Origin: an uncultured Eubacteriales bacterium
GTDB taxonomy: Bacteria; Actinomycetota; Coriobacteriia; Anaerosomatales; CAVRZR01
Assembly: GCA_964354215.1 (NCBI GenBank)
Contig: CAYGYT010000001.1
Coordinates: 11,199-75,198, forward strand
Reading direction: 5' to 3'
DNA: 64,000 bases
Part shown: piece by piece, positions 23,347-32,644 of the stretch
How the letters are laid out: each line of letters starts with the position of its first letter
How positions within the stretch are numbered: the stretch's first letter is position 1
The notes under the pieces: generated by a model
What the model was told of the DNA's origin: nothing
Seen by the model: only the letters and a program-made list of their open reading frames with translations
Database searches by the model: none
Program-made: the position numbers and the translations under genes

Positions 23347-26231
23347 CGCACGAAACGCGATCCGACGGTGGTAGCGATCTCCTCAGAGGTGAGTATCTCG
23401 ACGTCGTTGACCGGAAGCGCCGCGAGAAACTCACGTCCGTAGCGCTTCGGACCCAACACCCGCGTATCGGCGATGACGAGGCAGCCCGTATCGGTACTAC
23501 TCCTGATGAGTCGGCCGGCCGCCTGTTTGAGCTCGAGAATCGCCTCCGGAAGGTAGTAGTGCTCCCACGCCCGCGGGTCGCGCTCTCGGCGCTCCTCATA
23601 CAGGGGGTCGGTGATCTGCCCGAACGGGAGCCGAGGCACCACGACGCACCTGAGGGTGTCGCCCTTCGCGTCGAATCCCTCCCAGAAGGACTTCGTCGCG
23701 AACAGCGAGAGCTTCTCGTGGGCAACGAACTCGTCCCTGAGTCGCTTGGACGAGGTGCCGCGACTCTGAACCAGCAGGCTCACGCCACGTGCCTCGAGCC
23801 GCGGAGCAAGGACGTCGTAGAGCGTCTCCATCTCCCGCCTGTTCGTAAACAGCGTGAGCACCGAGCCGCCCAGCGCCAGGTGGATCGATTCGAGCAGCCG
23901 CTCGAGGCCACCCTGATAGTCGCGGGTGTTCGGGTGAGGTACGTCGCTCGGCACGAACACCGACATCTGGCGATCGAAGTCGTAGGAAGAGGCAAGTCGA
24001 AGCGAGCGCCACGACTCCGCCGGCAGCCGGTCGAGACCGACGGCGTGCGCAAAGAAACCAAAGTCATCACCCGCGGCAAGCGTGGCAGAAGTGAAGATGA
24101 CGGAGTGCGTGCGGCCGAAGAACTCCTCGGCGAGCAGCTCACCCACGTCGAGACGCGCGGCCTTGAGTCTCTCTGCATCGACCGTTCTGCGGCGATCCAG
24201 CCGCACGGAGTACACGTACTCATCGGCGTCGCCCTCGAGCACGGCGACGAGTCCCTCGTACTGCTCGGCGAGACGGGAGAGCAAGCCGACGAGATCGGCG
24301 CGCACTTCGAACAGCTGCTCCTCCTCAGCCTCGAGCGACGTCACGAGCTCGCGCCCCTCGGTCAGGAGCTGCTCGAGCCGCTTCGCGAGGCTTCTACCCA
24401 CACCGGCAGCCGTGCTCCACGGGCCGGAGTCCCGAACGTGCGGCGTGAGCCGAAGCTCGCACGCGTCGTAGTCGCTCGCAGGTTGGAGCGCCGCAAGGTC
24501 CTTCACGAAGTCGAAGAACGAATCCGCGAGCGTCCCGGCGCGTCCCGCTGCCTCTTCGATACGCGCGACAAGTCCCAACAGCGACGATGCGTCCGGCCGC
24601 GCCACCAGCGCCCTGCGGAGCGAGTCAAGCGTCCCGCTACGCGAGCCCTTGAGCGCGGCGAGGATGGCCGCGAGTTCCTGATGGCTGGAACCCAGCGTGA
24701 GTTGCTTGCGTGCCTCGGCTTCTGCAGCGTGGGCCTCGTCGAGTATCCAGTACCGCACCGGCGGGAGAATGCCGCCGGCCGCGACCACGTCGCGGAACAG
24801 GAGCGCGTGGTTGGTCACGACGACGTGTGCGCTCGACGCGCGCCGCCTCACGCCGTGCACGTAGCAGAGGTGCGGGAAGAATCGGCAGCGCTTGCGGGTG
24901 CAGTCGGCTTGCGTCGCCTGCACGGCCGAGCGCAGTTCGCGACGCCAGTGCAGGTTGATCGCATCCAGGTCACCCCAGGCCGACTGGGCCACCCACGCGT
25001 GCAGGGCAGCCGCCCCCGCAAGCAGTTCGTCGTCCGCAGCCTCGAGCTCTCCAGCGAGTCGGTCGAGCTTGCGCAGACACAGGTAGTGTTCGTAGCCCTT
25101 GAGAGACACGTACTCGAGCGCTCCGAGCGATTCGGCTTCGAGGGCCGCCGCGAGTTTGGGCAATTCGTGGTAGACAAGCTGGTCGGTGAGCGAGTTCGTC
25201 TTGGTGGCCACGCCGACTGCCACGCGGTTCTCAAGCGCGAACAGCGCGGCTGGCACGAGGTAGGCGACGGACTTGCCGACTCCCGTCCCCGCCTCGACCG
25301 CGAGGTGAGTTCGCGTGGAGAAGGCCTCCAGCACAGCTGTGGCCATCCGCGTCTGCTCCGCGCGTTGCTCGAACTCGTCGTACATGCGTCCTGCCAGGCC
25401 GAATTCCCCGAGCTGCCTGCACACTTCCTCGACCGGCGGGCACGTACACGCCACATCGTCGGCATCGTCGAATGCCTCGACGCGACCTGCCTTGGTGCCC
25501 TGCCGAAGATCCCGCACGTCGAACGGCCGGGCTGCCTTCCCAGCCGCGTGGTGCGCCAGCACCCGGCGCAGGGCCCACGGCGCGTCGGGGCCGAGAGTTG
25601 CGACGCGCGCGACGAGGGAAGGTGGCAGCGCATCGAGGCCGCACAGGAGAACGCGCCACACGACGGCGAGAGCCTCTACATCGTCGGCCGCGCGATGTGT
25701 CGCCGACGTGGCGCCGAAGGCTTCGGCAAGATCGCGCAGTCGATGGGACCGGAGCCGCGGCAGCGCGATACGTGCAAGCTGGAGGCTGTCGATCCAGGCG
25801 CCGGGGAATGCCATCGTGCCCGCCGCCCGCGTAAGGAACGCCCGATCGAACGCGACGTGGTGCGCGACGACGTCGCGGCCGGCTACGAACTCCGCGAGCC
25901 TGCTCACCGCCGCCTCCACACTCGGCGCTCCGACCACGTCGGCGTCGGCTATGCCGGTGAGCTTAGTCGTCTCGAGCGGCACAGGGTGTCCCGGGTGGAC
26001 CATCGTGTGAAAGCGGCCGAGGACCTCAGGCCCCTGCATGACGAGCGCGGCTACCTCGATGATCGAGTCTCGGTCCGGATCGAAACCGGTCGTCTCTATG
26101 TCGACGATGGCGATCTCGTCTTCGAAACCGAAGACCGCGTCCGTTGCCCGTTCACCGAGCGAGGCGTAGGAATCGATAACCGTCGAATCCGTGCCGGGGA
26201 CAAGGAGTCGCAGAAGCGGGTCAGGAGTCAT
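23343..26231 (-). CDS. dinG: DinG-family helicase fused to an N-terminal DnaQ-like 3'-5' exonuclease
   Basis: Exonuclease motifs IVDIETTGFDP, VAHHVAFDRAFL and HRAADDVEAL. Helicase motifs AGTGVGKSVAYLVPA and ILDEAHAAEA, with a C-terminal helicase domain. Confidence 0.88.
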   Translation of the reverse strand: MTPDPLLRLLVPGTDSTVIDSYASLGERATDAVFGFEDEIAIVDIETTGFDPDRDSIIEVAALVMQGPEVLGRFHTMVHPGHPVPLETTKLTGIADADVVGAPSVEAAVSRLAEFVAGRDVVAHHVAFDRAFLTRAAGTMAFPGAWIDSLQLARIALPRLRSHRLRDLAEAFGATSATHRAADDVEALAVVWRVLLCGLDALPPSLVARVATLGPDAPWALRRVLAHHAAGKAARPFDVRDLRQGTKAGRVEAFDDADDVACTCPPVEEVCRQLGEFGLAGRMYDEFEQRAEQTRMATAVLEAFSTRTHLAVEAGTGVGKSVAYLVPAALFALENRVAVGVATKTNSLTDQLVYHELPKLAAALEAESLGALEYVSLKGYEHYLCLRKLDRLAGELEAADDELLAGAAALHAWVAQSAWGDLDAINLHWRRELRSAVQATQADCTRKRCRFFPHLCYVHGVRRRASSAHVVVTNHALLFRDVVAAGGILPPVRYWILDEAHAAEAEARKQLTLGSSHQELAAILAALKGSRSGTLDSLRRALVARPDASSLLGLVARIEEAAGRAGTLADSFFDFVKDLAALQPASDYDACELRLTPHVRDSGPWSTAAGVGRSLAKRLEQLLTEGRELVTSLEAEEEQLFEVRADLVGLLSRLAEQYEGLVAVLEGDADEYVYSVRLDRRRTVDAERLKAARLDVGELLAEEFFGRTHSVIFTSATLAAGDDFGFFAHAVGLDRLPAESWRSLRLASSYDFDRQMSVFVPSDVPHPNTRDYQGGLERLLESIHLALGGSVLTLFTNRREMETLYDVLAPRLEARGVSLLVQSRGTSSKRLRDEFVAHEKLSLFATKSFWEGFDAKGDTLRCVVVPRLPFGQITDPLYEERRERDPRAWEHYYLPEAILELKQAAGRLIRSSTDTGCLVIADTRVLGPKRYGREFLAALPVNDVEILTSEEIATTVGSRFVR

Positions 26232-26313
26232 CCGCCAAGCCTAGCACGCGGCCCTGACCGTCCGGGCCGCCATCCGGACCGCCAGCAAGGCAGCCCACAG
26301 GCGCAACCGCGGT

Positions 26314-26346
26314 CGAACGAAACACGGCGCCCCGAAGGGCGCCGTG
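26314..26346 (-). terminator. Rho-independent terminator after gene 26378-26992
   Basis: Minus strand reads CACGGCGCCC-TTCG-GGGCGCCGTG followed by TTTCGTTCG. Confidence 0.75.
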
Positions 26347-26377
26347 CGAGTCGCGCTAGACAATGAGTGGTGCGGGC

Positions 26378-26992
26378 CTACTTCATGCCCGTGACGGCCT
26401 TTGAGGCCACCAGCCACGTGTTGCCGTCCTTCTTGAACACCCACGTGTTCTCGAAGGTGCCGTACTGCGAGGTCTGCTGGTCCACGACGACGGTCGCCTT
26501 GTCGCCCTGCTCGGCCGCAGAGGCGATCTTGAAGCCCACAACGCCGTAGCCCTCAACCTGCTGCTTCAAGGCGTCTGGCGACGAACCCTGCTGCTTGGCG
26601 GCCGGTAGGTGGTTGAACGCGGTCACCCAGTCGCCCTTGTCGGCGGCGGCGTAGTACGCGGCGACCCACTTCTCGGGAGTCATCCCCGCCGCCACCTTGG
26701 TGGCGGTCTTCGCATCGAAGTCCGCCGGCACGGTGCCTTGGGCACCGGTGGCTGCGCCTGGTGACCCGCCCATGGCGCCGCTACCCGAACCCGTAGCTCC
26801 GGCGCCCGTTCCCGCCGCTCCGGCGCCCGTCGCACCAGTGCCGGCCCCCGGGGTTGTCGGCAGCTCGGTGACTGCCGGTACCGCACGGCCGTTGTTCCAG
26901 ATTGCGTAACCAAGGCCGGCAGCGAGCACGACCACCGCAACGACGAGCACGATGATCACGGTGTTCGTCGTGCTACGAGGGGTATCTGACAT
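26378..26992 (-). CDS. Membrane-anchored protein with Gly/Ala/Thr-rich linker and small globular C-terminal domain, unknown function
   Basis: ATG 26992 with AAGGA upstream and TM VIIVLVVAVVVLAAGLGYAIW. Confidence 0.6.
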   Translation of the reverse strand: MSDTPRSTTNTVIIVLVVAVVVLAAGLGYAIWNNGRAVPAVTELPTTPGAGTGATGAGAAGTGAGATGSGSGAMGGSPGAATGAQGTVPADFDAKTATKVAAGMTPEKWVAAYYAAADKGDWVTAFNHLPAAKQQGSSPDALKQQVEGYGVVGFKIASAAEQGDKATVVVDQQTSQYGTFENTWVFKKDGNTWLVASKAVTGMK

Positions 26993-27129
26993 GAGCTGAT
27001 CCTTTCGAGACGCGGTGTGCTGGCGAAACGCCCGCATAGCATACGGGCCAGCCCACTGTTCGTACAGCGGGTACGGCGGACACCTGGAAAGCGAATGATG
27101 CGCCAAAGCGAGCGACGAGCAGGCACGGG

Positions 27130-27306
27130 TCAGGCGGAGGTTCGGCCCTTCGGCGAGGGCGTCTCAGGCTGAGTCTCCGTCTTGCACGACGAGCGGCACC
27201 TCGAGCACGAGCCGCTGCAGCCGCCCTTGATCTTGAGCGCGTAGCACCTCGGACAGCGGACCTCCGCGGACGGGGACGGCAGGCCGCACGCAGGACACGG
27301 GGTCAT
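27130..27306 (-). CDS. Small Cys-rich protein (58 aa) immediately downstream of feoB; absent from the ORF track
   Basis: MTPCPACGLPSPSAEVRCPRCYALKIKGGCSGSCSRCRSSCKTE... has 10 Cys. The GGCSGSC block resembles FeoB-associated Cys-rich proteins, but no TM helix is seen. Confidence 0.45.
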   Translation of the reverse strand: MTPCPACGLPSPSAEVRCPRCYALKIKGGCSGSCSRCRSSCKTETQPETPSPKGRTSA

Positions 27307-27315
27307 CGATGGCAG

Positions 27316-29178
27316 CTACGCCACCCCCAACAGGCGGGCCATGATGCCGCCGACCACAAACGCGATGCTCACCGACGACGCGAACAACCCGAGCATGTAT
27401 GGCCACCCGCGCTCCTTGAGCACCACCATCGCCGACGCGATGCATGGGACGAAGAGGGTGATCGTGATCATGCCGACGAGGAGCTGTGCGTCGCTCAGGT
27501 TCATGGTGAAGAACCCCGCGGCGCCGAAGTCGCGCCGCACGAATCCCATGACGAATGCCTGAGAGGCCTGCGCGGGCAACCCAAGCCACCCGACCGTGAG
27601 CGGTCGCGCCACCTGGATGATCCACGCAAGCGCCCCCGTGATCTCCAGAAGCGAGATGAGCGCGGCACCCGCGAGGAAGAACAGGGCCACTTCCTTCATG
27701 AACTGGTAGACCTTCACGCCCGTCTTGCGCACGACGTTGTCGAGTCTCGGCACGCGCAGGCTCGGGAGGTCGATGAGCAGGTCGGTGGACGAGCCGGGAA
27801 GCAAGCGGTTGAGCGCGGTGCCGAGCGCAACAAAGATGATGACCAGCGCCGCGAGATAGGCGGCCGCGTAGGCCGCGCCGGTACGGGTCATGAGCGCCGC
27901 GATGACGGCAATCTGCGCCGAACACGGCACGGCGATGGCCATGAGCGCCGTGGCGATGAAGCGCTCGCGCCGGCTCCCGAGGATGCGGGTCGTAAGCGTC
28001 CCCATCGTGACGCACCCGAAGCCGAGAATGAGCGGGATGACCGCGCGCCCGTTCAGGCCAAGCGACGTGAGGGAGCGGTCGGCGAGCGCTGCGATCCGCG
28101 GAAGGTAGCCCGAGTCCTCGAGCAACGCGAGCAGCAGGTAGAATCCGGCCACGAGCGGCAAGATCACGCCGAGCAGATAGGTGGGCGTCATCGTGAGGAT
28201 CCCGAACTCGCCAGCGAGGAGAGTGTAGAGCCACGAGCCAGGCGCGACGATCGAACCGACCACCCGCTCGACGAACGGCACCCAGTACCCGAGCATGATC
28301 GTACCCTCGGTGATGCCGACAAGCCCTCCCGCGATCCACTGGCCGAGCACCACGTACATCCCCCAGAGCAGCGCGAGCAGCATTGGGATGCCCGTGAGCG
28401 GGTTCATCATCGCGTGGGAGAGCCGCGCCGAGAACGAGGCGCCGTGGAGCGTCTCGGTGATGACGTGACCGCAGATGTCGTTTACCCGATGCCGACGCCG
28501 CAGGTAGATAGCGTCCCGGAGTCCGCCGGGCTCCAGTCCGTGTCGCTCGGACACGACCTCGTCGCCTTCGAGGACCATGAGGGCCTCGGCCCGGGTGCCG
28601 ACACGAGACGCCATGAGAACGAGGTCTCGCTCGAGTTCGGGGTCAGCATGTCCGGTTCGCGCCCTCTCGAGGCTGGCCACCAGCTCAGGAATACCCGTTC
28701 CGGCTACGGCGACGGTCTCGATCACCGGTACGCCGAGCAGATCCTCGAGCAGGTCCCGATCGACGCCGACGCCCCGCTTGCTGGCCTCGTCAGCCATGTT
28801 GAGAGCCACGACGAGGGGCTTACCCATGTCGACGAGCTGCAGCGTGAGGAAGAGATCCCGCTCGAGGTGGACCGCATCGACGACGTTGATGACCACATCG
28901 CCGCCGAGGATGATGTCGCGCGCCACGGTCTCCTCGTCGTTGAACGACGAGACGCCGTACACGCCAGGAGTATCGACCACATCTCGGTCGCCAACGCGAC
29001 CACGCGTGAGCTCGACCGTCGTGCCGGGGAAGTTGCTCACGTCGACGTAGGTGCCGGTGAGCGCGTTGAAGACCACCGACTTGCCGACGTTCGGATTGCC
29101 CGCTAGCACCACGGTCTCGATACCGGGGCGCGCCGCAACGGAAGTGGCCCCGTGGTGATGATGGGCGGACGCTGCCAT
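27316..29178 (-). CDS. feoB: Ferrous iron transporter FeoB
   Basis: G-domain GNPNVGKSVVFNALTG...DTPG...NMAD followed by a polytopic membrane domain. Confidence 0.93.
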   Translation of the reverse strand: MAASAHHHHGATSVAARPGIETVVLAGNPNVGKSVVFNALTGTYVDVSNFPGTTVELTRGRVGDRDVVDTPGVYGVSSFNDEETVARDIILGGDVVINVVDAVHLERDLFLTLQLVDMGKPLVVALNMADEASKRGVGVDRDLLEDLLGVPVIETVAVAGTGIPELVASLERARTGHADPELERDLVLMASRVGTRAEALMVLEGDEVVSERHGLEPGGLRDAIYLRRRHRVNDICGHVITETLHGASFSARLSHAMMNPLTGIPMLLALLWGMYVVLGQWIAGGLVGITEGTIMLGYWVPFVERVVGSIVAPGSWLYTLLAGEFGILTMTPTYLLGVILPLVAGFYLLLALLEDSGYLPRIAALADRSLTSLGLNGRAVIPLILGFGCVTMGTLTTRILGSRRERFIATALMAIAVPCSAQIAVIAALMTRTGAAYAAAYLAALVIIFVALGTALNRLLPGSSTDLLIDLPSLRVPRLDNVVRKTGVKVYQFMKEVALFFLAGAALISLLEITGALAWIIQVARPLTVGWLGLPAQASQAFVMGFVRRDFGAAGFFTMNLSDAQLLVGMITITLFVPCIASAMVVLKERGWPYMLGLFASSVSIAFVVGGIMARLLGVA

Positions 29179-29190
29179 GCGGAGGGGTCC

Positions 29191-29541
29191 CTACCGGGCG
29201 GCTAGACGAGCCGGGAGTGCGCGCCTCACGCGAATGCGCTTCGCAAGGCCGCGCCCGACGGCTATCTCTTGACGACCGCTCTTCAGCACGAGCGGGCCGG
29301 CAGGGATGCGGGTGACGCAGGTGACGCACGCTCCTTCGGCCATGCCAAAACGCAGGCACTGGACCCGGGCGTGCTCGTCGTCGACCTCAACGATCTCCAG
29401 CTCGTCGCCGGTCCGTGCCCGGTCGAGCGAGTAGTGCTCGCACGATTCACACTCGAGCGACACCTCGGAGTCAGACAACTCGATGGGCAGCCTGCTGCGC
29501 TCCTCGGTGCCGAGCTTGTTCGGGCTCTTGCTTCCGCCCAC
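29191..29541 (-). CDS. feoA: FeoA-domain protein with Cys-containing N-terminal extension
   Basis: SH3-like FeoA core (GDELEIVEVDD...RFGMAEGACVTCV...LVLKSGRQEIAVGRGLAKRIRV). GTG start with GAGGAG 6 nt upstream. Confidence 0.8.
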   Translation of the reverse strand: MGGSKSPNKLGTEERSRLPIELSDSEVSLECESCEHYSLDRARTGDELEIVEVDDEHARVQCLRFGMAEGACVTCVTRIPAGPLVLKSGRQEIAVGRGLAKRIRVRRALPARLAAR

Positions 29542-29561
29542 GGGTGTCTCCTCGAACTCTC

Positions 29562-29583
29562 AGACTTAGTATCAACTAAGTCT
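29562..29583. promoter_or_regulatory. AT-rich inverted repeat AGACTTAGT-atca-ACTAAGTCT upstream of feoA (candidate metalloregulator operator)
   Basis: Perfect 9-bp arms, 21-42 bp upstream of the feoA start, in a locally low-GC patch. Confidence 0.5.
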
Positions 29584-29760
29584 ATTCCAGCGCTCATACT
29601 AGGGTCGCCTGAGGGCCCTGTCAAGGTGCCAGACGGGTACAGACGTGCTAGCCTCGTTGCGAAGCGGAGTAGCTCCCGGCGCCAGCGCTGGGCGGCAGGC
29701 CGACAACCACGGGCGATGAGCCCCGGCCCTGTCATCACGGAGCCATCGTGACCGCAAGAC

Positions 29761-29791
29761 CCTCGGCGGATAGCCGGAGGTCTTTCTTGTT
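29761..29791 (+). terminator. Attenuator-type hairpin with U-tract just upstream of the P-type ATPase RBS
   Basis: cctcggc-ggata-gcc(g)gagg stem (7 bp, one bulge) followed by tctttcttgtt. RBS GAGGAG at 29793 and ATG at 29804. Confidence 0.45.
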
Positions 29792-29803
29792 CGAGGAGAT
29801 GCG

Positions 29804-32521
29804 ATGACCCAGTTGCCGACAACGTCGGGCCCTCCGTGCCACGCGCTCACAGCCGAGGAAACACTGCTGCGACTGGGCTCGGATGCGGCCACCGGCCTGC
29901 CTGCGGTAACCGCGGCGACGCGGCTCGAGGCCTATGGGCTGAATGAGCTTAGACCCGCCGAGCGTACCCCCGCGTGGCGCATGTTCCTGGCGCAGTTCAA
30001 CGACTTCATGATCTGGGTCCTTCTCGGCGCGGTTGCGATCTCCGCGATCGAGGGGCAAGTGCCCGAGGCGATTGCAATCACGGCGATCCTGCTTCTCAAC
30101 GGCGTTCTCGGGTTCGTACAGGAGTACCGGGCCGAGCAGGTGCTCGAGGCGCTCAAGGAGATGTCCGCTCCCACCGCCACGGTCGTGAGAGACGGGCGGG
30201 AGCAGGAGGTCAACGCGTCCGATCTCGTTCCCGGCGATATCGTCCTGCTCGAAGCGGGCGACCGCATCCCTGCCGACGGGCGCATCGTCGAGGCGGCAGC
30301 TCTCCGGACCGAAGAGGCCGCCCTCACCGGTGAGAGCGCCCCCGTCCACAAGACCGCCGCCGAGGTCTGCGAAGCGGGCGCCGATCTGGGCGACCGGGGC
30401 AATTCCGTGTTCGCTGGGACATCGGTAGCCGTTGGCAGAGGTCGGTACGTGGTGACGACTACGGGTGCCGCGACGGAGATGGGGAAGATCGCCCAGCTCC
30501 TATCGGAGCAGACGGAGGAGAAGACGCCGCTGCAAGAGGAGCTGAAGACGGTCGGGAAGCGCATAGCGCTCATCGTCCTGGCCATCGCAGTCATCGTCTT
30601 TGCAGAGGAGGTCTACAAGGCGCTCGCCGAAACGGGGAGCACTCTCTCCGAATCGTGGTCGAGCGGCGCGTTCAGAGATACCCTCACGCTTGCACTGCTC
30701 GTCGCGGTGTCGCTCGCTGTGGCGGCGATTCCCGAGGGGCTACCGGCCATCGTGACGGTCGCCCTCTCGCTCGGCGTGCGGACGATGGCGGGCCACAACG
30801 CGATAGTCCGCAAGTTGCACGCGGTCGAGACGCTCGGCTCGACCACGTTCATTTGCTCCGACAAGACCGGAACGCTCACGCGCAACGAGATGGCGGTGCG
30901 TCGGCTCGTCGTCGGTCTCGATCGCGTCGATGTGCTGCGGGACCACGCCCTTCAGCCCGATGACCGCCGTCCCGCCGATGCCGATCTTCAGCTGCTGCTC
31001 GAAATCGCCGCTGCCTGCAATGACGCGCACTACTCGGCGGATGGGGCGCTTCTCGGCGACCCTACCGAGACCGCCCTCATCGTCGCATCGGACAACATCG
31101 CGACAGAGCGGATGCGACCCCGCCGAGTCGCCGAGGTTCCCTTCGACTCCGAGCGAAAGCGAATGACGACCGTCCATGACGTCGACGGCCGGAGAGTCGC
31201 CTACGTCAAAGGCGGCACAGACGTCGTGCTGGGACTTTGCAGCCATGCGGTGCTGCACGGCGAAGTGGTCGAGATGTCCGCGGACCTCCGCGAGAGCCTG
31301 CACGGGGTGAACGAGCAGCTTGCGTCGAGCGGACACCGCACGCTCGCCTTCGCCATGCGTGAACTCGCCGCGGAAGAGGCCGTCGACGAGGATATCGAGC
31401 GCGGGCTAACGTACGTCGGCATCATGGGCCTGATCGACCCCCCGCGCATCGAAGTGCCTGCCGCCATCGAGGAATGCCACCACGCCGGTATCAAGGTAGC
31501 GATGGTGACCGGCGACCACGCGCTCACCGCGAAGGCGGTCGGGGAGCAGATCGGCCTGCTTGAGGGCGAACGGATACTGACCGGGCGTGAACTCGAGGCT
31601 ATGTCCGACGACGAGCTGTACGACGTCGTCGAGGACGTCCGCATCTACGCCCGGGTCAACCCGGAGCACAAGCTGCGAATCGTCGGCGCGCTCAAGCGCC
31701 GCGGGGAGATCGTCGCGATGACGGGCGACGGCGTGAACGACGCCCCCGCACTCAAGAAGGCGGATATCGGCGTGGCGATGGGGCGCATCGGCACCGACGT
31801 GTCGCGCGAGGCAGCGGACATGGTCCTCGCCGACGACAACTTCGCGACCATCGTCGAGGCGGTGAAGCTGGGCCGTGTTGTGTTCGAGAACCTGCGCAAG
31901 TTCATTCTATTCCTACTGTCGTGCAACATGAGCGAGGTCCTCATCGTCTTCACGACGGCGCTGCTAGCGCCGGTGCCCGCACTGCTGCCGCTGCAGCTCT
32001 TGTGGATCAATCTCGTGACCGACGGCCTGCCGGCACTCGCGCTCGGCGTTGACCCGGGTTCGCCACACGTCATGGATAGACCGCCCCGAGGAGCCGAGGA
32101 ATCCATTCTCACACCGCGGCGTCAGGCCCAGGTGCTGTGGCAAGGAGCGCTTATAACTGTGGGCGCACTGGTCCTGTACCTCGGCGTCGAGGGCGGATGG
32201 GTTCCCGTGGACAGCCCTCGCCACGCCCAGACCATGCTGTTCACGGTCGTAGTGCTCGCACAGCTCCTGCACTCGTTCAGTTTCCGCTCCGAGACGCGCT
32301 CCGTGTTCTCGGCGCACTCCCTCAAGAACCGGTGGCTCAATCTCGCATTCGTAGGGTCGATGTGCCTGCAGATGCTCGTCGTCTACGTGCCGTTCCTGCA
32401 GCGCGTGTTCCACACCGAGCCGCTCGGCCCGGAGGATTGGCTTGCCGTGCTGGTCGCTGCCCTCATTCCGATGGCACTCATCGACTTGACCAAGGTCGCC
32501 CTGGCACGGCGAAGCCGCTAG
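29804..32521 (+). CDS. Cation-transporting P-type ATPase (P2 type, Ca2+/Mn2+-like)
   Basis: TGES, ICSDKTGTLTRNEM, KGGTD and MTGDGVNDAPALKKADIGVAMG motifs, with about 10 TM segments. Confidence 0.92.
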   Translation: MTQLPTTSGPPCHALTAEETLLRLGSDAATGLPAVTAATRLEAYGLNELRPAERTPAWRMFLAQFNDFMIWVLLGAVAISAIEGQVPEAIAITAILLLNGVLGFVQEYRAEQVLEALKEMSAPTATVVRDGREQEVNASDLVPGDIVLLEAGDRIPADGRIVEAAALRTEEAALTGESAPVHKTAAEVCEAGADLGDRGNSVFAGTSVAVGRGRYVVTTTGAATEMGKIAQLLSEQTEEKTPLQEELKTVGKRIALIVLAIAVIVFAEEVYKALAETGSTLSESWSSGAFRDTLTLALLVAVSLAVAAIPEGLPAIVTVALSLGVRTMAGHNAIVRKLHAVETLGSTTFICSDKTGTLTRNEMAVRRLVVGLDRVDVLRDHALQPDDRRPADADLQLLLEIAAACNDAHYSADGALLGDPTETALIVASDNIATERMRPRRVAEVPFDSERKRMTTVHDVDGRRVAYVKGGTDVVLGLCSHAVLHGEVVEMSADLRESLHGVNEQLASSGHRTLAFAMRELAAEEAVDEDIERGLTYVGIMGLIDPPRIEVPAAIEECHHAGIKVAMVTGDHALTAKAVGEQIGLLEGERILTGRELEAMSDDELYDVVEDVRIYARVNPEHKLRIVGALKRRGEIVAMTGDGVNDAPALKKADIGVAMGRIGTDVSREAADMVLADDNFATIVEAVKLGRVVFENLRKFILFLLSCNMSEVLIVFTTALLAPVPALLPLQLLWINLVTDGLPALALGVDPGSPHVMDRPPRGAEESILTPRRQAQVLWQGALITVGALVLYLGVEGGWVPVDSPRHAQTMLFTVVVLAQLLHSFSFRSETRSVFSAHSLKNRWLNLAFVGSMCLQMLVVYVPFLQRVFHTEPLGPEDWLAVLVAALIPMALIDLTKVALARRSR

Positions 32522-32644
32522 AAACGTTCATCTTGCACAAATGCCCGCTCATCGTCGTATGATGCATTTCATCGTCCAAGCCATGCCGCACGTTGGTGGC
32601 CTGGGGCAGCCGCAGCATTCACAGGAAGACACAGGGCGCCGAAC

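Noticed and set aside
26311-26322. TCGAAC half-site resembling an actinobacterial LexA/SOS box upstream of dinG
   Set aside because: No matching GTTCGA half at the correct 4-nt spacing. The sequence is part of the T-tract flank of the neighbouring terminator.
22743-26366. 1207-aa plus-strand ORF, the longest in the track
   Set aside because: It runs antisense to the well-supported DinG-exonuclease gene. Its translation is Arg/Gly/Pro/Glu-rich with no recognisable motifs, which is the typical stop-codon-poor shadow frame of high-GC DNA.
27164-28339. 391-aa minus-strand ORF overlapping feoB in another frame
   Set aside because: It is an alternative frame of the clearly identified FeoB gene, and its translation is His/Arg/Gly-rich without motifs.
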